Assembly (NCBI GenBank): GCA_965279035.1
Contig: OZ257142.1
Span: forward strand, 1,024,001 to 1,088,000
Length of the DNA stretch: 64,000 nucleotides
Direction of reading: 5' to 3'
Source of the DNA: Bacteroidia bacterium
GTDB lineage: Bacteria > Bacteroidota > Bacteroidia > M30B66
A program made the translations under genes and the position numbers. The notes under the pieces are model-generated. The model did no database searches. It saw only the letters and a program-made list of their open reading frames with translations, and was not told where the DNA came from. Positions 8,768 to 17,233 of the stretch are shown one piece after another (the first letter of the stretch is position 1; each line of letters starts with the position of its first letter).

Positions 8768-10803
8768 TTCAACAAGCGTATTAAGGCAATTTCTACAGCT
8801 AAAAAGAAGAGTGCAAGAACAATGAATAATTTCCAAAATGGTCGTCCTTCATCTAACTGTGAAATTTCCTGTTTTAGTTCTTTTAAGGAGCCATCTAAAA
8901 CCCGAGCTGTTGTCCAGCCTGCTTTTTCCAAGGTGCTCAATAGTTCTTTTTCATCATAGAAACGAGAGATCGATTCTTTTCTATCATAATTAAATGATAC
9001 GGCAGCCAAAACGGAATCTCCTTGCTGTATCACATAGTTTCCAGCTTCAGTAATCTGATTTCGGACAAATACCTGCGTTTTACCATCTATCGTTCGATGC
9101 TCAGGAATCATTTCCATTTTACTCTTTACCGAACGAATTTTCAAACTCTGATCTCCTGTAAGTTGAGTATTATAAAGTTCTATAGGTTCTTCTTTACCAA
9201 TAGTATAATAGAGTCGAGATGGTGCAATACTATACAATCCCATTTTGTAAAACGTAGGAATAAAGATCGCGTGTTTTGGAAAATTACTAGCTTCTTCTTC
9301 TAATGGAACAGCACTTAAATACACTTTCCCTTTTCCACTGGCATAGGAAGCCATCATCAATTCTCCATTTTGCAAACGCAATAAAACATCTTCTTGAACC
9401 TTACCAATAGCTTTAAACGGCAAATATTTTTTCACCAAAGGCAAATCAATATTTTCCTGTTTCTTTTCAAAAACATCGTCGTACAATGGATGTTGTAAAT
9501 TGATTTTATCTGCCTTTTGAGCTACCAATTGCAAAGTTCCATAACTAGCAATACCGAGAGCAGAAGAAAACATACGATAGCTTTCAGCATCCGCATTTAA
9601 ATCAGGCAAAATACACAAGGAACCTCCATTTTGAACAAACTTTTTAAGCTCTAAGGATAATCCCGAAGAGATAGATGGAACTTCATTTAAGATGATAAGA
9701 TTCTGAAGTGGCAAGAGTGCATAATCGACTTGCTGTGCAGAACTATTTTTTATTTCAAATGCTGGATTGTTTCCATACAGTTGTTGTAAATAAACACTTT
9801 CACTTTTGCCATTTAAAACCAGAATTCGAATTTTCTCTGGCACATTGTACGAGAAGTAAAACGCATCATCAAACGTTACGGGATAATCGCTAAACCGAAT
9901 CTCACCTTGATTAAATCCGCTTCCCGAAGTTGTATAGGAAATGGAAGAATTAATGGTAGAATCAGGGCCAACGCTTATGCTTTCTAGTCCTCTTTCAGTC
10001 GAATTGATACTCAACTTAACAGGCACGTTCGAATAGCGCTTTGCTCCAGAATTGTTAATTCGAAATAAAATGGAATCAGGCTTCGATTTTTCTCTAAATG
10101 GTGTTGCAAACCAGCAGGAATCCATTGAAATATTATCACTTATTTGTGCCTTGAGATGAATGCAATTGAGGTCAAATGAACTATCCGGTTTTAACGAACT
10201 CAGATCAGCAGTATTTTTTTGGAAATCAGAAATCAAGTAGATAATTCCATTATCCATTTTCTCTTGCCGAATCAGGTCTTCTTGCCTTTTAACAATGTCA
10301 ACCAAATTACGTGAAACCGGAGAAGGCTTCACTTCATTGAGCATTTGTTCAAATTGCTCACGCGTCAACAACTGCTGATGACGTCCTTCAAAATCATTCG
10401 TGAGAAGCTGAAATCGATCAGAAGGTTTATAGGAACGAACAATGTCTTGAGCGTGTTTTCTTGCTAATTCTATCAAAGAACCCGTTTCGGCTTGAGCATC
10501 TAAGCTAAACGAGTTATCGATGTATATACTTATGGCTCGGCTTCCAGTTCTTTGTTTGGAGGTGGAAGGAATAAAAGGTTGAGCAAATGCGAAAACCAAA
10601 GCGATAAGTGCTAAACACCGACTTATTAATATGAGAAGATGGCGAAGCCTCGATCGAGATTGAGTTTCTTGACGCAGTTCTTTTAGAAAACGAACATTGG
10701 TGAAATAGATCGTTTTGAATTTGCGAAAATGGAATAAGTGAATGATAATAGGCACAAGCAGAGATAGAAGTGCCCAAAAAAAGTATGGATTCGCAAATTT
10801 CAT
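8764..10803 (-). CDS. BatA-domain / vWA-domain membrane protein
   Basis: N-terminal F.NP..LW.L....PIIIHLF..RK.K...F and RLRHLLIL..R BatA signature; IYIDNSFS MIDAS-like motif; C-terminal W..F..LAL..L..E helix. Confidence 0.85.
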   Translation of the reverse strand: MKFANPYFFWALLSLLVPIIIHLFHFRKFKTIYFTNVRFLKELRQETQSRSRLRHLLILISRCLALIALVFAFAQPFIPSTSKQRTGSRAISIYIDNSFSLDAQAETGSLIELARKHAQDIVRSYKPSDRFQLLTNDFEGRHQQLLTREQFEQMLNEVKPSPVSRNLVDIVKRQEDLIRQEKMDNGIIYLISDFQKNTADLSSLKPDSSFDLNCIHLKAQISDNISMDSCWFATPFREKSKPDSILFRINNSGAKRYSNVPVKLSINSTERGLESISVGPDSTINSSISYTTSGSGFNQGEIRFSDYPVTFDDAFYFSYNVPEKIRILVLNGKSESVYLQQLYGNNPAFEIKNSSAQQVDYALLPLQNLIILNEVPSISSGLSLELKKFVQNGGSLCILPDLNADAESYRMFSSALGIASYGTLQLVAQKADKINLQHPLYDDVFEKKQENIDLPLVKKYLPFKAIGKVQEDVLLRLQNGELMMASYASGKGKVYLSAVPLEEEASNFPKHAIFIPTFYKMGLYSIAPSRLYYTIGKEEPIELYNTQLTGDQSLKIRSVKSKMEMIPEHRTIDGKTQVFVRNQITEAGNYVIQQGDSVLAAVSFNYDRKESISRFYDEKELLSTLEKAGWTTARVLDGSLKELKQEISQLDEGRPFWKLFIVLALFFLAVEIALIRLLK

Positions 10804-10810
10804 CGGGTTT

Positions 10811-10818
10811 CAAAGATA
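10811..10818 (-). promoter_or_regulatory. -7 element of the BatA-domain operon
   Basis: TATCTTTG on - strand, 7 nt before ATG 10803. Confidence 0.6.
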
Positions 10819-10884
10819 CATTCAATTTTCATCCTTAAATAAACATCCTTCATTCCTCAAATTCTTATTATTAATCTTAGAACT

Positions 10885-11529
10885 ATGGAAAATTATAGAG
10901 TTGATATTCAAAAGATTAAACAAGCACTTTCGAAAGAATTACCGGGCGAATCGGCACAAATGAAGATGGCTCCTATTTCTCGACCGCGTTTTTCAGATAT
11001 GCCCAAAGACACGAATGAGATAAAGAAAGCAGCTGTTTTAATCCCAATTTTTAGTAACGGGAACGAAGACTTTCTATTGTTAACAGTTCGTAGTATCTAC
11101 GATGGTGTACATAGTGGACAAGTTAGTTTTCCAGGAGGTAAGTTTAATGAAGAAGAAACCGATCCACATTTAGTCGCTTTAAGAGAAATGCAGGAAGAAA
11201 TTGGAATCGATAAAAATCAAGTAGAAATTCTTGGTAGCTTAACACCTTTATATATTCCAGTAAGTAAAATGCATGTTCAACCAGTTATCGGCTGGTTAAA
11301 TTCAAGGGATTGGCAACCTGCCGAATATGAAGTTGCTAGCATTCTTGAAGTGCCCCTTTCTGAGTTATTTGATATACAAAATAGAAAGTCAAAACCCATG
11401 AATCTATCTTCAGCAGGGACTTTAGATGTTCCCTATTTTGAACTTCAAGGTCATGTTGTTTGGGGCGCAACAGCAATGATGCTCAGTGAGTTTATAGATA
11501 TTTTGAGAGAGTTTAATGAATTTTATTAA
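10885..11529 (+). CDS. Nudix CoA pyrophosphatase (NudL/PCD1 family)
   Basis: AAVLIP, LLLTVR, HSGQVSFPGG, ALREMQEEIG Nudix box, VWGATA. Confidence 0.9.
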   Translation: MENYRVDIQKIKQALSKELPGESAQMKMAPISRPRFSDMPKDTNEIKKAAVLIPIFSNGNEDFLLLTVRSIYDGVHSGQVSFPGGKFNEEETDPHLVALREMQEEIGIDKNQVEILGSLTPLYIPVSKMHVQPVIGWLNSRDWQPAEYEVASILEVPLSELFDIQNRKSKPMNLSSAGTLDVPYFELQGHVVWGATAMMLSEFIDILREFNEFY

Positions 11530-11719
11530 AGTACCTCAAGGCAAATTTTAAAATAATAATAAATAAAATTCCTCCACCAATTATAAATACAACCCAATTG
11601 GTATTTCCAAATTGCTTGATATTAACTTGTTTGTCCTTTCGAAAACTCCAAACGATTGCGATAATAAATACAATAAAAAAAACGGAAGCGAAAATCCAAT
11701 GCCCAGGAGTAATGTCCAT
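11513..11719 (-). CDS. Small two-TM membrane protein
   Basis: 68 aa, two hydrophobic segments separated by SFRKDK; fills the gap between genes. Confidence 0.6.
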   Translation of the reverse strand: MDITPGHWIFASVFFIVFIIAIVWSFRKDKQVNIKQFGNTNWVVFIIGGGILFIIILKFALRYFNKIH

Positions 11720-11725
11720 AAAATG

Positions 11726-11751
11726 AAAAAGGCCGGAAAACCGGCCTATTT
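11726..11751 (-). terminator. Intrinsic terminator
   Basis: GGCCGG-TTTT-CCGGCC followed by TTTTT on - strand, just after the stop at 11765. Confidence 0.75.
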
Positions 11752-11764
11752 AAACTTTAATAGT

Positions 11765-12475
11765 TTAATGTTTTATTGTAATTCGTCCGGGTTTGCTGCT
11801 TTTTCCATTCTCACGAATTGAATAAAAATATAACCCAGCTTTCAAGTCTTCTGTTGGAATTGAAATAACACCTTCTACAGAATTTAATTGAACACTTGCT
11901 ACTTTCACCCCAAGCATATTAAATAACTCAATGCTTGCAGTTTCGTTATTTGTAGAGCGTGCAAATGAAATATTTAGTTTATCATCAACAGGATTTGGAA
12001 AAGCTTTTAAAGCAGTTTCAGAAGAAACATTTTTAATTCCTAATGGTGTTACTTCAAAAGTCACAACAACATTTGTTGAATCCGAAGTATTATTTGCATC
12101 AAAGAAAGTATACTGAATTTGAGCAGTTCCCGAATTCATATTAGGGCGAAGGTGAGCACTAAATGCAGTAGATGTAGCACCACCATCCATAGTTAAAGGA
12201 TTTGGAGTTAAGCTAACTCCTTCCACATAACACGCTAGCCAGCAAAAGAAATTGGATGATCCAGTTATTGGAGAAAGAACAGTTCTGCGAACTTTTATGT
12301 CCTTTTGTTCAGAAGAGTTGTTCGTAACGGATAATCCAAGTTCTAATTCAAATTCATCTGCAGCTCCTGTAATAGTTGTGTTTTGAGTATTTACAACAAT
12401 ACTTTGAGCATTTAGTGTATATGATGTCAGAATAAAACTCACTATGGCAAAAGAATGAAGTAGTACTTTCTTCAT
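11765..12475 (-). CDS. T9SS type A cargo, Ig-like domain with CWLAC motif
   Basis: Signal peptide; C-terminal AFPNP...GLYFY...ITIKH sorting domain; only two Cys (FCWLACY). Confidence 0.85.
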   Translation of the reverse strand: MKKVLLHSFAIVSFILTSYTLNAQSIVVNTQNTTITGAADEFELELGLSVTNNSSEQKDIKVRRTVLSPITGSSNFFCWLACYVEGVSLTPNPLTMDGGATSTAFSAHLRPNMNSGTAQIQYTFFDANNTSDSTNVVVTFEVTPLGIKNVSSETALKAFPNPVDDKLNISFARSTNNETASIELFNMLGVKVASVQLNSVEGVISIPTEDLKAGLYFYSIRENGKSSKPGRITIKH

Positions 12476-12664
12476 GGGTAGTATTTTTTGGCAATTTACA
12501 AATTACTTTAATATCATAAACATGTAGATAGAATAAATGTTTTATCTGCAAGAATTCAAACTTTTGTAGCCCCTAAAATTTTTAATCATTAAAAAAAACA
12601 AACATATTTTGTAATGTAAATAAAATGATGAAATTTGTAATTCATTGAATTTTCTCAACTAGAC

Positions 12665-14131
12665 ATGAAAAAACTTTTACAAACTACCCTTGTTGCAGCA
12701 ATGACCATGCTCGCCGGGAATTCTTACAGTCAAATGGCGAATGGCTCTTTGGCTCCATCTCTTAATCTTACCGATTTGAACGGCAATACATATGATGTAG
12801 ATGCTCTTCTTGCTGCTGGTAAAACTGTATTCATTGATGTTTCTGCTACTTGGTGTGGCCCATGTTGGAACTTCCACCAAACTCATATCCTAGAAGATCT
12901 TTACAATCAATATGGTCCTGGTGGAACTAATGAAGTTCAAGTTTTTTGGATTGAAGGTGATGCTACAACTACTGTAGCTGAAATAAGTGGTTCAGGAACT
13001 AGTACTCAAGGTGACTGGACTGCAGGAACAACATTTCCAATGTGTGATGATGCTGTTGCATCTAATGCTCTTCAAATTGGATTTTTCCCAACTCTTTATA
13101 TGATTTGCCCTAGCCGTCGTGTTTGGCATATCAGCCCTTCAGAAGTTGGTGCTTACTGGCCAGTATCACAGCATATTGCTAATGCTCGTGCTTGTACTAA
13201 TCCTATTGATGCTGTAATGGATTCTTATACAGGAGAAACCTCCACTTGCGGATATGTTTCTCAGCTTAAAGTGAAATGTCAAAATAAAGGTGTTAACACG
13301 TTGACCTCAGCAACTATTACTGCTTCTATAGGTGGAAATGTTGTTGCCTCTAAAGCATGGACTGGTTCATTAGAGCAGTTTCAAGCTGTTGAAGTAAATA
13401 TTGGATCACATACATTTAATGCAAATGAAGATGTAGAATTTGCAATTACTCCAAATGGAACTGACGTTGCTCCTTCTGATAATATTGGAACTCAAACTAT
13501 TTCAATGGCTCCAGAAGTTTCTAATACAACGTTAATTGTTAAAATTACAACTGACCAATACGGTTCAGAAACTACTTGGAAACTTCGTAAAGGAAACAAT
13601 GCAGTTCTTGCTTCTGGTGGTCCTTATGCTGATCTAGCAGCAGCTGGAGAAGGTGTTCAACCTGATGTTACAGTTACTCTTCCAGCTAACGATTGCTACA
13701 AATTTGAAATGATTGATGGATACGGCGATGGTATGTGCTGTAATTATGGAAATGGTGGATATCAAGTTACTGATGATGCTGGAAACGTGTTAATTTCTGG
13801 TGATCAATATGGCGCTTCAGAAATTAAACGCATTAGTTATGGTGTAACTTCAGTTGGAAATGATCTTTCTTCCATTGCTTCTGTTAATGTTTATCCAAAT
13901 CCATCTAACGGGCTTTGTAATGTGACTATGTCTTTAACTAAAAACGAAGATGTAAGCTTCCGTGTTTACAATGTTTTAGGTTCTTTAGTTTCTTCTCGTA
14001 ATATGGGCAACCTTACTCCTGGAGATTACATTTATCAAATGGATTTATCTGGTCAAGCATCAGGTGTTTATACACTTGTCATGCAAACCAATCAAGGTGT
14101 GAAATCATACATGGTTAGCATTAACCATTGA
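12665..14131 (+). CDS. T9SS-secreted thioredoxin-fold protein
   Basis: Signal peptide; redoxin domain FIDVSATWCGPCW with cis-Pro FPT; Ig-like domains; DGYGDGMCC; C-terminal VYPNP...GVYTL...VSINH sorting domain. Confidence 0.85.
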   Translation: MKKLLQTTLVAAMTMLAGNSYSQMANGSLAPSLNLTDLNGNTYDVDALLAAGKTVFIDVSATWCGPCWNFHQTHILEDLYNQYGPGGTNEVQVFWIEGDATTTVAEISGSGTSTQGDWTAGTTFPMCDDAVASNALQIGFFPTLYMICPSRRVWHISPSEVGAYWPVSQHIANARACTNPIDAVMDSYTGETSTCGYVSQLKVKCQNKGVNTLTSATITASIGGNVVASKAWTGSLEQFQAVEVNIGSHTFNANEDVEFAITPNGTDVAPSDNIGTQTISMAPEVSNTTLIVKITTDQYGSETTWKLRKGNNAVLASGGPYADLAAAGEGVQPDVTVTLPANDCYKFEMIDGYGDGMCCNYGNGGYQVTDDAGNVLISGDQYGASEIKRISYGVTSVGNDLSSIASVNVYPNPSNGLCNVTMSLTKNEDVSFRVYNVLGSLVSSRNMGNLTPGDYIYQMDLSGQASGVYTLVMQTNQGVKSYMVSINH

Positions 14132-14152
14132 TTCTTAAAATAACTACAGTTG

Positions 14153-14179
14153 AAAACCGGGAAGAAATTCCCGGTTTTT
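14153..14179 (+). terminator. Intrinsic terminator
   Basis: AAAACCGGGAA-GAAA-TTCCCGGTTTTT. Confidence 0.8.
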
Positions 14180-14195
14180 CTATTTTTACCCAATC

Positions 14196-14711
14196 ATGAA
14201 AAAACTACTCCTCATTTCTTTTCTTTTTCCTACAATTTTATCGGCTCAACTTCTCGATATCGTTCGACCAATTCCTTCCATTGAGGTTAAAACTATTGAT
14301 GGAAAGACATTCAATACAGCTGATTTCGAAAATGGTGGCAAACCCATTATCATTAATTTCTGGGCTACATGGTGTAAACCATGCATTGCAGAATTGACAA
14401 ACATTGATGAAGTGTATGAAGAATGGGTAAAAGAAACAGGCGTTAAAGTAATCGCCATCTCAATTGATGATTCGCGAAATGCTACAAAAGTTGCTCCTTT
14501 TGTTAGCGGTAGAGGTTGGACATACGAAGTATATCTTGATCCGAATTCAGACTTCAAACGAGCTCTCAATGTGAATAATCCTCCTCAAACTTTTCTAATA
14601 AACGGAAACAAAGAAATAGTTTGGCAACATAACGGTTACCAAGAAGGGAGTGAAATTGAGCTATATGAATTAGTGAAAAAATTAGCTGAAGGGAAGCCAT
14701 TAGCTCATTAA
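14196..14711 (+). CDS. TlpA/ResA-family periplasmic thiol-disulfide oxidoreductase
   Basis: Signal peptide; IINFWATWCKPC; ISID; cis-Pro loop NPPQTFLI. Confidence 0.92.
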   Translation: MKKLLLISFLFPTILSAQLLDIVRPIPSIEVKTIDGKTFNTADFENGGKPIIINFWATWCKPCIAELTNIDEVYEEWVKETGVKVIAISIDDSRNATKVAPFVSGRGWTYEVYLDPNSDFKRALNVNNPPQTFLINGNKEIVWQHNGYQEGSEIELYELVKKLAEGKPLAH

Positions 14712-14714
14712 ACT

Positions 14715-16349
14715 ATGAATTTTAAAATCCTTAAATGGACAACTTTGTATTGTCTAGGTGCATTTGGTTCGACACTTTTTGCCCAACAAAATAATCAGGG
14801 CGAATTACATGGAAATTTTCAACTGGATGCTCAGTATTACAATATTGACTCTTTAATTGGGGCTCCCGTTGTAAAAGAAAAGATTTTGACGAATGGCTTT
14901 ATGAACATTCGTTACACAAAAGGAAACTTCTCAAGCGGTATTCGATATGAAAGCTACTTGAATGTTATGCAGGGTTTTGATCCTCGTTACAAAGGCTCAG
15001 GAATTCCTTTTCGTTTCGCATCTTATAAAAATGATCAATTAGAAGCAACAGTTGGGAATTTTTATGAGCAGTTTGGAGGCGGACTTATTTTAAGAGCTTA
15101 TGAAGAAAGAGGATTGGGCTATGACAATGCCTTTGATGGTATTCGTGTTCGATTTCAACCAAAAAAGGGGATATATTTTAAAGGATTGATCGCAAGGCAA
15201 AGAACATTTTTCTCGTTAAGCCCTGGAATTATTAGAGCCTTTGATGCTGAAGTGAATTTGGCTGAATTATTAAATAATCCTGATTCAAAAACGACCATTA
15301 TTTTTGGTGGTAGTGCGGTAAGTAGATTTCAAAGAGATGAAGACCCTATATATAATTTACCTGAAAATGTTGCCGCATTTGCTGGTAGAATGAACCTTAG
15401 TAGAGGAAAATTCAATCTTCAAGCTGAATACGGTTATAAATACAATGATCCGAATGCAACCAACAAAATGATATATCATCCTGGTCAAGCATTGTCTGTA
15501 ACTACAACATTTTCAGGAAAAGGATTTGGTTTATTATTAGCTGCTAAGCGCTTAGATAATTTTGATTTTAGATCGGATAGAACTGCTGCTGGAATTGGTG
15601 CTAACATTAATTTTCTTCCAGCACTTACAAGGCAACATACCTATAATCTTCCCGCAACGATTTATCCTTATGCAACTCAACCAAATGGTGAAATGGGTTT
15701 TCAAGCGGAATTAAGCTATAGATTAAAAAAAGGATCAAATCTGGGAGGAAAGTACGGTACAGATATCACCTTAAATTTCTCCGGTACGAATGGTATCGTG
15801 AAAAATGCAACTTCAAATGATACTTTAGGATATACTTCACCCTTCTTCAAAGCATCTAAACAAATGTTTTTCCGTGACTTTCACATCGAGATTCATCGTA
15901 AATTAAATGCTAAATGGAAAGCCACAATCATGTATTTAAATTGGGTTTATAATAAAGATGTAGTTCAGGGTTTAACAGGTTTCGGGACTATTTTTGCGAA
16001 TATGGGTGTTCTGGATGTTGCCTATAAGTTGAATCCACGAAATACAATTCGAGTTGAGACTCAAACACTCATTTCGAAACAAGATATGGGCAGTTGGGCG
16101 ATGGGATTGATAGAATATACGTTTGCTCCAAATTGGTTTGTTGCTGTTCTAGATCAATATAATTATGGAAATCCAGATCCAATAAAACAAATTCATTACT
16201 TCACTGTCAATACTGGATATACGAATAATGGCAACCGAATTATGCTTCAATATGGTCGTCAACGTGCAGGTATTTTTTGTGTTGGAGGAGTTTGTAGAAG
16301 CGTTCCCGCATCAAATGGATTTTCAATTTCTATAACAAGTAGCTTTTAA
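14715..16349 (+). CDS. Outer-membrane beta-barrel protein with C-terminal CVGGVC (DUF6029-like)
   Basis: Signal peptide, amphipathic beta strands, terminal Phe (ISITSSF); GNFYEQFGGGLILR and GRQRAG..CVGGVCR..P motifs recalled for DUF6029. Confidence 0.8.
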   Translation: MNFKILKWTTLYCLGAFGSTLFAQQNNQGELHGNFQLDAQYYNIDSLIGAPVVKEKILTNGFMNIRYTKGNFSSGIRYESYLNVMQGFDPRYKGSGIPFRFASYKNDQLEATVGNFYEQFGGGLILRAYEERGLGYDNAFDGIRVRFQPKKGIYFKGLIARQRTFFSLSPGIIRAFDAEVNLAELLNNPDSKTTIIFGGSAVSRFQRDEDPIYNLPENVAAFAGRMNLSRGKFNLQAEYGYKYNDPNATNKMIYHPGQALSVTTTFSGKGFGLLLAAKRLDNFDFRSDRTAAGIGANINFLPALTRQHTYNLPATIYPYATQPNGEMGFQAELSYRLKKGSNLGGKYGTDITLNFSGTNGIVKNATSNDTLGYTSPFFKASKQMFFRDFHIEIHRKLNAKWKATIMYLNWVYNKDVVQGLTGFGTIFANMGVLDVAYKLNPRNTIRVETQTLISKQDMGSWAMGLIEYTFAPNWFVAVLDQYNYGNPDPIKQIHYFTVNTGYTNNGNRIMLQYGRQRAGIFCVGGVCRSVPASNGFSISITSSF

Positions 16350-16377
16350 TATTGTTAAATTGTTTCACATGTTGACT

Positions 16378-17229
16378 ATGAAAAAGTTGCTGTTTCTTTC
16401 TTGCATTTTTATTTTATCTACACTAATGAGTTGTGATAAAATAGATGCACCATATGGAACAAAAGGCACTAATCCAACTCCAAGTGATACGGAAGTTGTC
16501 ATGAGGAAAATTCTCATTGAAGATTTTACTGGACATTATTGCGGAAATTGTCCTCGTGCAGCAAGAACCTTAAGCCAAATTCATGATTTGTACGGTGATA
16601 AAATTGTTGCCATGGCAGCCCATGTGAGTGAACAATTTGCGGCACCTGCAGGAGTTCATTATCCCGAAGATTATCGAACTGAAACAGGCAATGAACTAGA
16701 CTCTTATTTTGGAAATTCTGCTGCAGGTTTACCAAATGGATTGGTTAATAGAAAACAATTTGATGGTCAAACAATCGTTCAATATACTGCTTGGGCATCA
16801 AAAGCTACTGAATTATTGGCTATTCCTGCGGATGCATTTATGTGGATTACTCCCAATTACACATCTTCAAATCGATCTTTATCTCTATCCGTTAAAACAA
16901 AAATTCTTCAAAACATTGAAGAAAGTCTAAGCTTAGCTATTTACCTCACCGAAGACAGCATAATTAGTGCTCAAAAGGATTATGATCAAACTCCTGATCC
17001 ATTAATTCCCAATTACGTTCATCGTCATATGTTACGAGGAAATATCAATGGAACTTGGGGTACTCTTCTGAGCGCTGCTTCTACTTTTGGAACTGGAGAA
17101 GAATTTACTACAACTGGTTCTATATCTATTCCAGCCGAATGGAATGATGAACATGTTTCAATAGTAACAGTACTTTATCGTACAGCAACCAAAGAAGTGG
17201 TTCAAGCGGAAGACAAAAAAATTAAGTAA
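16378..17229 (+). CDS. Omp28-family outer-membrane lipoprotein with CxxC
   Basis: Lipobox LMSC-DKID from ATG 16378; KILIEDFTGHYCGNCP, GLPNG, YLTED, YVHRHMLRG motifs. Confidence 0.85.
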   Translation: MKKLLFLSCIFILSTLMSCDKIDAPYGTKGTNPTPSDTEVVMRKILIEDFTGHYCGNCPRAARTLSQIHDLYGDKIVAMAAHVSEQFAAPAGVHYPEDYRTETGNELDSYFGNSAAGLPNGLVNRKQFDGQTIVQYTAWASKATELLAIPADAFMWITPNYTSSNRSLSLSVKTKILQNIEESLSLAIYLTEDSIISAQKDYDQTPDPLIPNYVHRHMLRGNINGTWGTLLSAASTFGTGEEFTTTGSISIPAEWNDEHVSIVTVLYRTATKEVVQAEDKKIK

Positions 17230-17233
17230 GACC

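Noticed and set aside
11765-17229. Selenocysteine or stop-codon readthrough in the redox genes
   Set aside because: All redox motifs are read as Cys in uninterrupted ORFs; no in-frame TGA is needed
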